A DNA stretch of 64,000 nt from Chrysomallon squamiferum. Taxonomy: Eukaryota; Animalia; Mollusca. Positions within the stretch are counted from its first letter, which is position 1. Every line of letters begins with the position of its first letter. The DNA is taken from the NCBI GenBank assembly GCA_012295275.1, contig CM022674.1, positions 5,332,001 to 5,396,000 on the forward strand. The letters run 5' to 3'. A program made the translations under genes and the position numbers. Of the stretch, positions 1 to 14,260 are shown piece after piece. The notes under the pieces are model-generated. The model did not search any database and was not told the origin of the DNA. It worked only from the letters and a program-made list of their open reading frames with translations.

Positions 1-510
1 GCAGGTAAAATTCTATTTTTTAATTTTCAGTAAAATTTAAAAAAAAAAATTTTCATTAATTTTATTTGAAAAAAACTGAAACTAGGACTCGGGGAGAGAA
101 AAAAATATATTTCTCATCAGTGATCGAATTTCGAAGAAAAAAAATTAAAAAAAAAAAAAAAAAAAAATTAAAAAAAAACGTCATTTCTCAAAGTTACTAG
201 TGATGTGCTTAATAGTCAGTATGGGTTGTTAGTTAATGTGTTGAAATATAAGTAAATTTATAAGATTCTTTTCTCATTGTTTGTTTCTTTATTTTAAAAC
301 AGAGTTTTCTATCAGCTGATACTGTATCACCAGCGCAAATCTACTGAAGAACTATCAAAGAAAAAGTCAAAATCCAAACGTCAAAGCAGTCACCTGACCA
401 TTCCAATCCCAGATTACGACATCGACGTCTTCCGCAGCTTGGTCACGTTTCTGCACTGTGGAAAGGTGAAGGTGGACGTCAAAGTTGTTGTTGGTAAGTA
501 CAAAAATGAT

Positions 511-557
<47 letters not shown>

Positions 558-1154
558 TGTAACATTTCATATAATGATTCTTGATTATTTAAAAGTTCAG
601 ACAAGTGAAAATTAATTTGTTAATATTTTGTTAATATTTCACATAAATCAATCTTAATTAGTTAACTGTTTGTAATATTTAATATAAATGAATATTAATT
701 TGTTAAGTCATTGCTTTATTTCAGATAAATGAATATTAATTATTTTTAACGTATTTCAGGTGTCTTGTGTGCTGCTTCAGAGTATGAACTGAAAGATCTG
801 AGCAAAGCATGCTGGGATTTTGCTCGTCGTTTAAAGAGCAAAAGTCAGATTGCCGACTTGCTGACGTCATGTTCTAAATATAGTAAAAAGAAAGCAGCCC
901 AGAAATTGATTATCGAGGTGTGTATGTCACAGATATTCAACTATCTATCAAACACAGATAATTATTATTATTTATTTTCATTTTCCTCTTTTTAATCATC
1001 TTTTAGAGTCCATTCATTGTAATTACTGATTAAAGTAACGATAAAACCTTATTAATTGAATTTATGAAAAGGATTTGTTCACTGAAATTTAAAAACAAAA
1101 AAATTAAATCATTTCTTATATCTTTATATTTAGATATCTAGAAGCGATCACTGA
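1..1154 (+). CDS. BTB/POZ protein (serine-enriched protein/gprs-like), copy 1, 5'-truncated by window edge; exons ..1-4, 303-493, 760-917, 1134-1154
   Basis: GT-AG introns; spliced frame RVFYQLILYHQRK...IPDYDIDVFRSLVTFLHCGKVKVDVKVVVGVLCAASEYELKDLSKACWDF...KLIIEISRSDH*; exons match the other copies. Confidence 0.88.
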
Positions 1155-2216
1155 AAATGATTATTTTTATCCTCTGAGAACTGATCACATGACCGCCTGA
1201 GGTCACCGTATCACGTGACAAACACGTGGGAGCTCTTCTGACTCGAGTCATACTTCACGTCAAAACCGAAACGTGAAGAAAAATAAGAAGCGAAAACGAA
1301 ACGTGCTGTCAAGACGCGTCTTCGTGAGACGAAAGAGGAGTTGACGTGAATGAGAAGTGGAAAGATAAGGAATGAAGAAATACATGTAATTCTGTGTGTA
1401 ACAGAGAGTTCGTGACAGCGAAACTGTTCCATTAAATGAAGAAAGTCCGCGCATTTACAGAAAGTTCTGTTTATTGCAATAAGTATTATTCATTCGATGT
1501 ACATCAATCAGTATGATGTGTAATATACTAGTCTTGTTCAAATGCTTGTTTCTAATAAAGATTTTAAAGATAAAAATGTATTTGTTTTCTTGTCCGATAT
1601 TTCAAGTCTTTTCTTTATCAATAACAAACTGATCATGATGAGTTGTAAAGTGGGAATCTTGAATTGCTTCTTTTAACATCTCCTATCCAATCTTCAGACC
1701 GACGGTATGACCTTGTTTTTGCAAACTGCATTTCAAAAATGAATTTGATTGTTGTATTAAATACAGCTACAGTGCTCATCTAAGCTAAAACGCATTGATT
1801 TATTCATTGAAACTAGACGACAGATTGAAATATTACTTCTGAGTTGTAAAACAATATTTTAAATGTCTTTCGCTTCTGAACAAAGATTTTATATATGCAA
1901 ATATACGAACGTCTTTGTTCGTGTGTGTGTGTGTGCATGTGCGTGTGTACGTGTGCGTGTGTCAGTATATTTGAGTACACATTTCAATATTATTAAAACA
2001 AATAAAACAAACAATAGGTTTTATTGCAACCCGACTTTATTAAATACATTCAGTAACAGATACATAAAAAAAAACTACACTCTACTGACCTATCTACTAA
2101 TGACATCAGAAAATAATATTTCATTGTTTTTTAATAAGACTTCGTAATTTGTATATGTTTATTATTTAAGCGTTTCTTCCGTAAATATAATTTTAAGTGT
2201 TGGAATATTTAAAGGC

Positions 2217-2323
<107 letters not shown>

Positions 2324-3239
2324 TTTAACATTAAAATGTTTTGATTTTCATTTAAATAAAAGTTAACAGCCTTTATTCTTTGCTCAGTTGTGAATTTCAC
2401 CACCAGAAAATAATATGTTAAATATAGTTTATATAAATAAACCTAAATTGAGGCGTCTAACTTAAACGTTATCAGTTCCATTATTTCATTACAAAACTTC
2501 AGTTAAACTTTATACTTTTTCTCATGCAGACAAAGACACTGAATAAACAGAATTAAGAATGTTTCTAATATTATGAAGAAACAAATCAATTTAATCTAAA
2601 AAACCAAACTAAACAAATTGACTGTTTTCGCCAGTTTTCACTAAAATTCAAACTTTGATGTCCCTTTCTACGAAAAAACTTTATTAGTGCTAATAAAAAA
2701 TATTAAAGTATAATTCAAGTTTTATCAGGATTTCCTCTAGGACGGGAAGGAAAGCTTTCAAATGGAACTAAGAAAATACAACGTACCCGACACTAATATC
2801 TCAAAATTACATATTTTAGCAGTGTCAACCCTTTCCTTCAATTCCAGATGTTTTAAAATGTTTAGAGATTCATATTTTACCAGGTTTAAAGAATACTTAT
2901 GTCACTGTGTGTGTGGGTGTGTTTGTGTGTGTGTGTGTCTGTGTGTGCGTGTTTATGTGTGTGTGTGTGTGTGTATGTGCGCGCGTATAAATATAAGTTT
3001 GAATCTATAGATATACAGGTGTATGTGTCCACACATATAAATATCTGATGAACATCATAAAAAAAACAAATGTACCATTTTATCCGTTTTGTATTTGTAT
3101 TTATATAGCGTACCTTAAATACCTCAGGTTTCAGTGTCAATAAAGATCAGTTGAACCTGTGTATAGGTTTAATAATATAAATTAGTATTTTTAATAGATA
3201 ATCCTGTTAGAATCTTAATTAATAATCCAGTAATCTCAC

Positions 3240-3415
3240 TCTTCAATTCTCACTGTCACGTGCCAGTCGCGTGCCTGAGTGTTGTTATAACAACACGTTA
3301 CTCAGTGTCTACAGATTGTCACGTGATTTAAATATCTCCTAATTAAAACAGTTAACTTTTGACACGTCTGTTGTTTATAAAACGCGACAGTCGTTGAAAT
3401 ATGTCATCATTCTTC
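3240..3415 (+). promoter_or_regulatory. Conserved proximal promoter of the BTB gene (repeated upstream of every complete copy)
   Basis: E-boxes CACGTG 3257-3262 and TCACGTGA 3319-3326; 18-bp palindrome GTGTTGTTATAACAACAC 3279-3296; TATAAAA 3376-3382, ~80 nt before ATG; better conserved between copies than the introns. Confidence 0.65.
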
Positions 3416-3459
3416 TTCAAGTTATCACATCGTTCACTTCTAAATATCTACACTTTGTC

Positions 3460-5098
3460 ATGGAAAGCTGGACTTCAAGAGCGTGTTTGTTAGACGGCGA
3501 TGTTTTGAATAACCACTTCGAATGTGGAACAGAAAATGACATTGCTAACGGTACTTATTTTTTAAGTAAAATGTATACTTTCATATTTTTGTATATTGTT
3601 AATTGTTTTTTTTTTTTTTTTTTTCTCTCTAGGTATCTTAATATTCACTGTTTAATAATGACAAAAAATGAGGTATTCATTTCCATGTAAGGTTCATCTT
3701 ATTCAATTTATTTTACAGATTCCAGTTCGGGATACGAATCTGACGATTCTGGTTGTTGTATCGGTGTCAATCACTCTAACCCCGCCTGCCAACCATCTAG
3801 TGGTTCAGGGGAGATAATGATGTTTAGCAACACGAACGGACTGTGTGACAGTCTGAAGTACGTCATCACGATGTCTGAACTGTGTGACGTCATGTTCCTG
3901 GTGGGCAAAGAACGAGTTCCCGTTTATGGAGTGAAAGCTATCATGGCTACGCGTAGCAGGTAAAATTATATTTTTTAATTTTCAGTCAAATTTTAAAAAA
4001 AAGAAATGTCGTTAATTTTATCTTTGAAAAGATCTAAACTAGGACTCGGGGAGAGAAATAAATATATTTCTCATCAGTGATCGAATTTAGAATAAAAAAA
4101 CTAACACTAAGAAAAATATGTAAAATGTCATTTCTGAAAGTTACTAGTAATGTGCTTAATAGTTTCTGTGTGTTATTAGTTAATGTGTTAAAATATACAT
4201 TAATTTATAAAATTCTTTTCTTATTATTTGTTTGTTTACTTTAAAACAGAGTTTTCTATCAGCTGATACTGTATCACCAGCGCAAATCTACTGAAGAACT
4301 ATCAAAGAAAAAGTCAAAATCCAAACGTCAAAGCAGTCACCTGACCATTCCAATCCCAGATTACGACATCGACGTCTTCCGCAGCTTGGTCACGTTTCTG
4401 CACTGTGGAAAGGTGAAGGTGGACGTCAAAGTTGTTGTTGGTAAGTACAATGATGTAACAATAATAATAATAATAATAATAATTGTAATAATTGTAATAA
4501 TTGTAACAATTCATATGATGATTCTTGATTAATTAAAAGTTCAGACAAGTCAAAATTAATTTGTTAATATTTTGTTAATATTTCGCATAAATAAATATTA
4601 ATTAGTCAACTTTTTGTAACATTTCATATAAATGAATATTAAGTTGTTAAGTCATTGCTTTATTTCTGATAAATGAATATTAATTATTTTTAACGTATTT
4701 CAGGTGTCTTGTGTGCTGCTTCAGAGTATGAACTGAAAGATCTGAGCAAAGCATGCTGGGATTTTGCTCGTCGTTTAAAGAGCAAAAGTCAGATTGCCGA
4801 CTTGCTGACGTCATGTTCTAAATATAGTAAAAAGAAAGCAGCCCAGAAATTGATTATCGAGGTGTGTATGTCACAGATATTCAACTATCTATCAAACACA
4901 GATAATTATTATTATTTATTTTCATTTTCCTCTTTTTAATCATCTTTTAGAGTCCATTCATTGTAATTACTGATTAAAGTAACGATAAAACCTTATTAAT
5001 TGAATTTATGAAAAGGATTTGTTCACTGAAATTTAAAAACAAAAAAATTAAATCATTTCTTATATCTTTATATTTAGATATCTAGAAGCGATCACTGA
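3460..5098 (+). CDS. BTB/POZ protein copy 2 (233 aa); exons 3460-3550, 3719-3959, 4250-4440, 4704-4861, 5078-5098
   Basis: Exons of 91+241+191+158+21=702 nt splice in frame with canonical GT-AG. BTB signatures: LCDVMFLVGKERVPVYGVKAIMATRSRVF, IPDYDIDVFRSLVTFLHCGKV, LCAASEYELKDLSKAC. Exon 5 frame is supported by synonymous variants between copies (ATA/ATT, AGC/AGT, CAC/CAT). Confidence 0.92.
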
Positions 5099-6169
5099 AA
5101 ATGATTATTTTTATCCTCTGAGAACTGATCACATGACCGCCTGAGGTCACCGTATCACGTGACAAACACGTGGGAGCTCTTCTGACTCGAGTCATACTTC
5201 ACGTCAAGACAGAAACTTGAAGAAAAATAAGAAGCGAAAACGAAACGTGCTGTCAAGACGCGTCTTCGTGAGACGAAAGAGGAGTTGACGTGAATGAGAA
5301 GTGGAAAGATAAGGAATGAAGAAATACATGTAATTCTGTGTGTAACAGAGAGTTCGTGACAGCGGAACTGTTCCATTAAATGAAGAAAGTCCGCGCATTT
5401 ACAGAAAGTTCTGTTTATTGCAATAAGTATTATTCATTCGATGTACATCAATCAGTATGATGTGTAATATACTAGTCTTGTTCAAATGCTTGTTTTTAAT
5501 AAAGATTTTAAAGATAAAAATGTATTTGTTTTCTTGTCCGATATTTCAAGTCTTTTCTTTATCAATAACAAACTGATCATGATGAGTTGTAAAGTGGGAA
5601 TCTTGAATTGCTTCTTTTAACATCTCGTATCCAATCTTCAGACCGACGGTATGACCTTGTTTTTGCAAACTATATTTCAAAAATGAATTTGATTGTTGTA
5701 TTAAATACAGCTACAGTGCTCATCTAAGCTAAAACGCATTGATTTATTCATTGAAACTAGCCGACAGATTGAAATATTACTTCTGAGTTGTAAAACAATA
5801 TTTTAAATGTCTTTCGCTTCTGAACAAAGATTTTATATATGCAAATATACGAACGTCTTTGTTCGTGTATGTGTGTGTGCATGTGCGTGTGTACGTGTGC
5901 GTGTGTCAGTATATTTGAGTACACATTTCAATATTATTAAAACAAATAAAACAAACAATAGGTTTTATTGCAACCCGACTTTATTAAATACATTCAGTAA
6001 CAGATACATAAAAAAAAACTACACTCTACTGACCTATCTACTAATGACATCAGAAAATAATATTTCATTGTTTTTTAATAAGACTTCGTAATTTGTATAT
6101 GTTTATTTAAGCGTTTCTTCCGTAAATATAATTTTAAGTGTTGGAATATTTAAAGGCATGAGAGGGAGA

Positions 6170-6254
<85 letters not shown>

Positions 6255-7390
6255 TTTAACATTAAAATGTTTTGATTTTCATTTAAATAAAAGTTAACAG
6301 CCTTTATTCTTTGCTCAGTTGTGAATTTCACCACCAGAAAATAATATGTTAAATATAGTTTATATAAATAAACCTAAATTGAGGCGTCTAACTTAAACGT
6401 TATCAGTTCCATTATTTCATTACAAAACTTCAGTTAAACTTTATACTTTTTCTCATGCAGACAAAGACACTGAATAAACAGAATTAAGAATGTTTCTAAT
6501 ATTATGAAGAAACAAATCAATTTAATCTAAAAAACCAAACTAAACAAATTGACTGTTTTCGCCAGTTTTCACTAAAATTCAAACTTTGATGTCCCTTTCT
6601 ACGAAAAAACTTTATTAGTGCTAATAAAAAATATTAAAGTATAATTCAAGTTTTATCAGGATTTCCTCTAGGACGGGAAGGAAAGCTTTCAAATGGAACT
6701 AAGAAAATACAACGTACCCGACACTAATATCTCAAAATTACATATTTTAGCAGTGTCAACCCTTTCCTTCAATTCCAGATGTTTTAAAATGTTTAGAGAT
6801 TCATATTTTACCAGGTTTAAAGAATACTTATGTCACTGTGTGTGTGGGTGTGTTTGTGTGTGTGTGTGTCTGTGTGTGCGTGTTTATGTGTGTGTGTGTG
6901 TGTGTATGTGCGCGCGTATAAATATAAGTTTGAATCTATAGATATACAGGTGTATGTGTCCACACATATAAATATCTGATGAACATCATAAAAAAAACAA
7001 ATGTACCATTTTATCCGTTTTGTATTTGTATTTATATAGCGTACCTTAAATACCTCAGGTTTCAGTGTCAATAAAGATCAGTTGAACCTGTGTATAGGTT
7101 TAATAATATAAATTAGTATTTTTAATAGATAATCCTGTTAGAATCTTAATTAATAATCCAGTAATCTCACTCTTCAATTCTCACTGTCACGTGCCAGTCG
7201 CGTGCCTGAGTGTTGTTATAACAACACGTTACTCAGTGTCTACAGATTGTCACGTGATTTAAATATCTCCTAATTAAAACAGTTAACTTTTGACACGTCT
7301 GTTGTTTATAAAACGCGACAGTCGTTGAAATATGTCATCATTCTTCTTCAAGTTATCACATCGTTCACTTCTAAATATCTACACTTTGTC

Positions 7391-9036
7391 ATGGAAAGCT
7401 GGACTTCAAGAGCGTGTTTGTTAGACGGCGATGTTTTGAATAACCACTTCGAATGTGGAACAGAAAATGACATTGCTAACGGTACTTATTCTTTAAGTAA
7501 AATGTATACTTTCATATTTTTTGTATATTGTTAATTGTTTTTTGTTTTTGTTTTTTTCTCTCTAGGTATCTTAATATTCACTGTTTAATAATGACAAAAA
7601 ATGAGGTATTCATTTCCATGTAAGGTTCATCTTATTCAATTTATTTTACAGATTCCAGTTCGGGATACGAATCTGACGATTCTGGTTGTTGTATCGGTGT
7701 CAATCACTCTAACCCCGCCTGCCAACCATCTAGTGGTTCAGGGGAGATAATGATGTTTAGCAACACGAACGGACTGTGTGACAGTCTGAAGTACGTCATC
7801 ACGATGTCTGAACTGTGTGACGTCATGTTCCTGGTGGGCAAAGAACGAGTTCCCGTTTATGGAGTGAAAGCTATCATGGCTACGCGTAGCAGGTAAAATT
7901 CTATTTTTCAATATTCAGTCAAATTTAAAAAAAAAAAAAAATGTCGTTAATTTTATCTTTGAAAAGATCTAACCTAGGACTCGGGGAGAGAAATAAATAT
8001 ATTTCTCATCAGTGATCGAATTTAGAATAAAAAAACTAACACTAAGAAAAATATGTAAAATGTCATTTCTGAAAGTTACTAGTAATGTGCTTAATAGTTT
8101 CTGTGTGTTATTAGTTAATGTGTTAAAATATACATTAATTTATAAAATTCTTTTCTTATTATTTGTTTGTTTACTTTAAAACAGAGTTTTCTATCAGCTG
8201 ATACTGTATCACCAGCGCAAATCTACTGAAGAACTATCAAAGAAAAAGTCAAAATCCAAACGTCAAAGCAGTCACCTGACCATTCCAATCCCAGATTACG
8301 ACATCGACGTCTTCCGCAGCTTGGTCACGTTTCTGCACTGTGGAAAGGTGAAGGTGGACGTCAAAGTTGTTGTTGGTAAGTACAAAAATGATGTAACAAT
8401 AATAATAATAATAATAATAATTGTAATAATTGTAATAATTGTAACAATTCATATGATGATTCTTGATTAATTAAAAGTTCAGACAAGTCAAAATTAATTT
8501 GTTAATATTTTGTTAATATTTCGCATAAATAAATATTAATTAGTCAACTTTTTGTAACATTTCATATAAATGAATATTAAGTTGTTAAGTCATTGCTTTA
8601 TTTCTGATAAATGAATATTAATTATTTTCAATCTGTTCCAGGTCTCTTGTGTGCTGCTTCAGAGTATGAACTGAAAGATCTGAGCAAAGCATGCTGGGAT
8701 TTTGCTCGTCGTTTAAAGAGCAAAAGTCAGATTGCCGACTTGCTGACGTCATGTTCTAAATATAGTAAAAAGAAAGCAGCCCAGAAATTGATTATCGAGG
8801 TGTGTATGTCACAGATATTCAACTATCTATCAAACACAGATAATTATTATTATTTATTTTCATTTTCCTCTTTTTAATCATCTCTTTGAGTCCATTCATT
8901 ATAATTACTGATTAAAGTAACGATAAAACCTTATTAATTGAATTTATGAAAAGGATTTGTTCACTGAAATTTAAAAACAAAAAAATTAAATCATTTCTTA
9001 TATCTTTATATTTAGATATCTAGAAGCGATCACTGA
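7391..9036 (+). CDS. BTB/POZ protein copy 3 (5 exons, intact)
   Basis: Same exon structure as copy 2; ATG 7391, TGA 9034-9036. Confidence 0.9.
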
Positions 9037-10096
9037 AAATGATTATTTTTATCCTCTGAGAACTGATCACATGACCGCCTGAGGTCACCGTATCACGTGA
9101 CAAACACGTGGGAGCTCTTCTGACTCGAGTCATACTGAACGTCAAGACAGAAACGTGAAGAAAAATAAGAAGCGAAAACGAAACGTGCTGTCAAGACGCG
9201 TCTTCGTGAGACGAAAGAGGAGTTGACGTGAATGAGAAGTGGAAAGATAAGGAATGAAGAAATACATGTAATTCTGTGTGTAACAGAGAGTTCGTGACAG
9301 CGAAACTGTTCCATTAAATGAAGAAAGTCCGCGCATTTACAGAAAGTTCTGTTTATTGCAATAAGTATTATTCATTCGATGTACATCAATCAGTATGATG
9401 TGTAATATACTAGTCTTGTTCAAATGCTTGTTTTTAATAAAGATTTTAAAGATAAAAATGTATTTGTTTTCTTGTCCGATATTTCAAGTCTTTTCTTTAT
9501 CAATAACAAACTGATCATGATGAGTTGTAAAGTGGGAATCTTGAATTGCTTCTTTTAACATCTCGTATCCAATCTTCAGACCGACGGTATGACCTTGTTT
9601 TTGCAAACTATATTTCAAAAATGAATTTGATTGTTGTATTAAATACAGCTACAGTGCTCATCTAAGCTAAAACGCATTGATTTATTCATTGAAACTGGAT
9701 GACAGATTGAAATATTACTTCTGAGTTGTAAAACAATATTTTAAATGTCTTTCGCTTCTGAACAAAGATTTTATATATGCAAATATACGAACGTCTTTGT
9801 TCGTGTGTGTGTGTGTGCATGTGCGTGTGTACGTGTGCGTGTGTCAGTATATTTGAGTACACATTTCAATATTATTAAAACAAATAAAACAAACAATAGG
9901 TTTTATTGCAACCCGACTTTATTAAATACATTCAGTAACAGATACATCAAAAAAAAACTACACTCTACTGGCCTATCTACTAATGACATCAGAAAATAAT
10001 ATTTCATTGTTTTTTAATAAGACTTCGTAATTTGTATATGTTTATTTAAGAGTTTCTTCCGTAAATATAATTTTAAGTGTTGGAATATTTAAAGGC

Positions 10097-10205
<109 letters not shown>

Positions 10206-11341
10206 TTTAACATTAAAATGTTTTGATTTTCATTTAAATAAAAGTTAACAGCCTTTATTCTTTGCTCAGTTGTGAATTTCACCACCAGAAAATAATATGT
10301 TAAATATAATTTATATAAATAAACCTAAATTGAGGCGTCTAACTTAAATGTTATCAGTTCCATTATTTCATTACAAAACTTCAGTTAAACTTTATACTTT
10401 TTCTCATGCAGACAAAGACACTGAATAAACAGAATTAAGAATGTTTCTAATATTATGAAGAAACAAATCAATTTAATCTAAAAAACCAAACTAAACAAAT
10501 TGACTGTTTTCGCCAGTTTTCACTAAAATTCAAACTTTGATGTCCCTTTCTACGAAAACACTTTATTAGTGCTAATAAAAAATATTAAAGTATAATTCAA
10601 GTTTTATCAGGATTTCCTCTAGGACGGGAAGGAAAGTTTTCAAATGAAACTAAGAAAATACAACGTTCCCCACACTAACATCTCAAAATTACATATTTTA
10701 GCAGTGTCAACCCTTTCCTTCAATTCCAGATGTTTTAAAATGTTTAGAGATACATATTTTAGCAGGTTTAAAGAATACTTATGCAACTGTGTGTGTGTGT
10801 GTGTGTGTGTGTTTGTGTCTGTGTGTGCGTGTTTATGTGTGTGTGTGTGTGTGTATGTGCGCGCGTATAAATATAAGTTTGAATCTATAGATATACAGGT
10901 GTATGTGTCCACACATATAAATATCTGATGAACATCATGAAAAAAAAACAAATGTACCATTTTATCCGTTTTGTATTTGTATTTATATAGCGTACCTTAA
11001 ATACCTCAGGTTTCAGTGTCAATAAAGATCAGTTGAACCTGTGTATAGGTTTAATAATATAAATTAGTATTTTTAATAGATAATCCTGTTAGAATCTTAA
11101 TTAATAATCCAGTAATCTCACTCTTCAATTCTCACCGTCACGTGCCAGTCGCGTGCCTGAGTGTTGTTATAACAACACGTTACTCAGTGTCTACAGATTG
11201 TCACGTGATTTAAATATCTCCTAATTAAAACAGTTAACTTTTGACACGTCTGTTGTTTATAAAACGCGACAGTCGTTGAAATATGTCATCATTCTTCTTC
11301 AAGTTATCACATCGTTCACTTCTAAATATCTACACTTTGTC

Positions 11342-12342
11342 ATGGAAAGCTGGACTTCAAGAGCGTGTTTGTTAGACGGCGATGTTTTGAATAACCACTT
11401 CGAATGTGGAACAGAAAATGACATTGCTAACGGTACTTATTCTTTAAGTAAAATGTATACTTTCATATTTTTTGTATATTGTTAATTGTTTTTTTTTTTT
11501 TTTTTCTCTCTAGGTATCTTAATATTCACTGTTTAATAATGACAAAAATGAGATATTCATTTCTATGTAAGGTTCATCTTATTCAATTTATTTTACAGAT
11601 TCCAGTTCGGGATACGAATCTGACGATTCTGGTTGTTGTATCGGTGTCAATCACTCTAACCCCGCCTGCCAACCATCTAGTGCTTCAGGGGAGATAATGA
11701 TGTTTAGCAACACGAACGGACTGTGTGACAGTCTGAAGTACGTCATCACGATGTCTGAACTGTGTGACGTCATGTTCCTGGTGGGCAAAGAACGAGTTCC
11801 CGTTTATGGAGTGAAAGCTATCATGGCTACGCGTAGCAGGTAAAATTCTATTTTTTAATTTTCAGTAAAATTTTAAATTTTTTGTTTTTCATTAATTTTC
11901 TCTTTGAAAAGAACTAAACTAGGACTCGGGGAGAGAAATAAATATATTTCTCATCAGTGATCGAATTTAGAATAAAAAAACTAAACAAAAAAAAAAAAAT
12001 ATGTAAAAAATGAAATTTCTGAAAGTTACTAGTAATGTGCTTAATAGTTAGTGTGTGTTGTTAGTTAATGTGTTAAAATATAAGTTAATTTATAAGATTC
12101 TTTTCTCATTGTTTGTTTGTGTATTTTAAAACAGAGTTTTCTATCAGCTGATACTGTATCACCAGCGCAAATCTACTGAAGAACTATCAAAGAAAAAGTC
12201 AAAATCCAAACATCAAAGCAGTCACCTGACCATTCCAATCCCAGATTACGACATCGACGTCTTCCGCAGCTTGGTCACGTTTCTGCACTGTGGAAAGGTG
12301 AAGGTGGACGTCAAAGTTGTTGTTGGTAAGTACAAAAATGAT

Positions 12343-12399
<57 letters not shown>

Positions 12400-13004
12400 T
12401 AATAATTGTAAATTTTTCAATAATGATTCTTGATTAATTAAAATTTCACAGACAAATGAAAATTAATTTGTTAATTTTTTGTTAATATTTAACATAAATA
12501 AATATTAATTAGTCAACTTTTTGTAATATTTCATATAAATGAATATTAAGTTGTTAACTCATTGCTTTGTTTCAGATAAATGAATATTAATTATTTTTAA
12601 TCTGTTCCAGGTCTCTTGTGTGCTGCTTCAGAGTATGAACTGAAAGATCTGAGCAAAGCATGCTGGGATTTTGCTCGTCGTTTAAAGAGCAAAAGTCAGA
12701 TTGCCGACTTGCTGACGTCATGTTCTAAATATAGTAAAAAGAAAGCAGCCCAGAAATTGATTATAGAGGTGTGTATGTTACAGATATTCAAATATCTATC
12801 AAACATAGATAATTATTATTATTTATTTTCATTTTCCTCTTTTTAATCATCTTTTTGAGTCCATTCATTATAATTACTGATTAAAGTAACGATAAAACAT
12901 AATTAATTGAATTTATGAAAACGTTTTGTTCACTGAAATTTAAAAACAAAAAATTAAACCATTTCTTTTATCTTTCTATTCAGATTTCTAGAAGTGATCA
13001 CTGA
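11342..13004 (+). CDS. BTB/POZ protein copy 4 (5 exons, intact)
   Basis: Same exon structure; ATG 11342, TGA 13002-13004. Confidence 0.9.
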
Positions 13005-14042
13005 AAATGATTATTTTTATCCTCTGAGAACCGATCACATGACCGCCTGAGGTCACCGTATCACGTGACAAACACGTGGGAGCTCTTCTGACTCGAGTCA
13101 TACTGAACGTCAAGACAGAAACGTGAAGAAAAATAAGAAGCGAAAACGAAACGTGCTGTCAAGACGCGTCTTCGTGAGACGAAAGAGGAGTTGACGTGAA
13201 TGAGAAGTGGAAAGATAAGGAATGAAGAAATACATGTTGTTCTGTGTGTAACAGAGAGTTCGTGAAAGCGAAACTGTTGCATTAAATGAAGAATGCGTAT
13301 ACAGAAAATTCTGTTTATTGCAGGATGTATTATTCATTCAAAGTGCATCAATCGGTATGACGTGTAGTACACTAGTCTTGTTCAAATGCTTGTTTTTAAT
13401 AAAGATTTTAAATAACAAAAATGTTTTTTTCTTCTTCGTTAAGTGTTTACATTATCAGTAATAAACGGATGATGCACATGATCAGTTATAAAGTAGGAAA
13501 CTTGAATTCCTTCTTTTAACATCTCGTATCCAATCTTCAGACCGACGGTATACCCTAGGTTTTGCAAACTGCATTTCAAAATGAATTTGATTGTTTTATT
13601 CTATACAGTTACAGTGCTCATCTAACTGAAAACTTATTGATTTATTCATTGAAAATACAAGACAGGTTGTTGTATTAGTTATCAGTTGTAAAACATTGTT
13701 TTAAATGTGTTTCACTTCTGATGCAATATTTTATATGTGTAAATGTATGAATGTCTTTGTTCGTCTGTTTGTGTTTTAGTATATTTCAGTGCACACTTCA
13801 ATATTATTAAAATAATTAAAACAAACAACAGGTTTTATTCCAACACCAGTTTATTAAATACATTCAGTAACAGATACACAAAAAAACATAAACTCAGAAT
13901 AACCTATCAACTAATGATATCAAATAAAAAAATGTCATTGTTCTTTTAATATGTACTTTATAATATGTGTATGTTTATTTAAGAGTTTCTTTCGTAAATG
14001 TAATTTTAAGTGTCTGTACCTTTAAAGTCCTGAGAGAGAGAT

Positions 14043-14124
<82 letters not shown>

Positions 14125-14159
14125 GGATGAAAAGAGAAACAGAATGATAGAAAGAGATT

Positions 14160-14260
14160 AAAATAGATTGAGTTTTTTCAAAATAAAATTCAACAGCCTT
14201 TGGTCTTTTCTCAATTGTGTACAGCTCCATGGTGAATTTCACCAACAGAAAATAATATGT
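14160..14260 (-). mobile_element. Remnant of the N-terminus of a Tc1/mariner-superfamily (DUF4817-like HTH) transposase, present in most array spacers (e.g. ~2330-2410, 6260-6340, 10210-10290, 28300-28390, 29050-29150, 39050-39140)
   Basis: MELYTIEKRPKAVEFYFEKTQSIL / [20 protein letters not shown] resembles the M-x-x-Y-T-x-E-Q-R-x-x-I-V-x-x-Y-F-E-N start of these transposases (recognised by eye); truncated at a (CT)n tract. Confidence 0.45.

Noticed and set aside
1211-1454. Recurrent 73-aa and 64-aa antisense ORFs (MQQFRFHELSV..., MRAHSSFNATV...) in every unit
   Set aside because: They are the antisense of the purine-rich 3' UTR; recurrence is explained by recent duplication, and no promoter or domain is evident
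3394-3459. TTG-start N-terminal extension MKYVIILLQV... resembling a signal peptide
   Set aside because: A TTG start is a prokaryotic-style ORF call; it begins only ~12 nt after the TATA box, probably before the TSS; ATG 3460 is the plausible start
5078-5145. Alternative last-exon frame (YLEAITENDYFYPLRTDHMTA*)
   Set aside because: It needs a weaker shifted donor; inter-copy variants are mostly synonymous in the ISRSDH* frame and non-synonymous in this one
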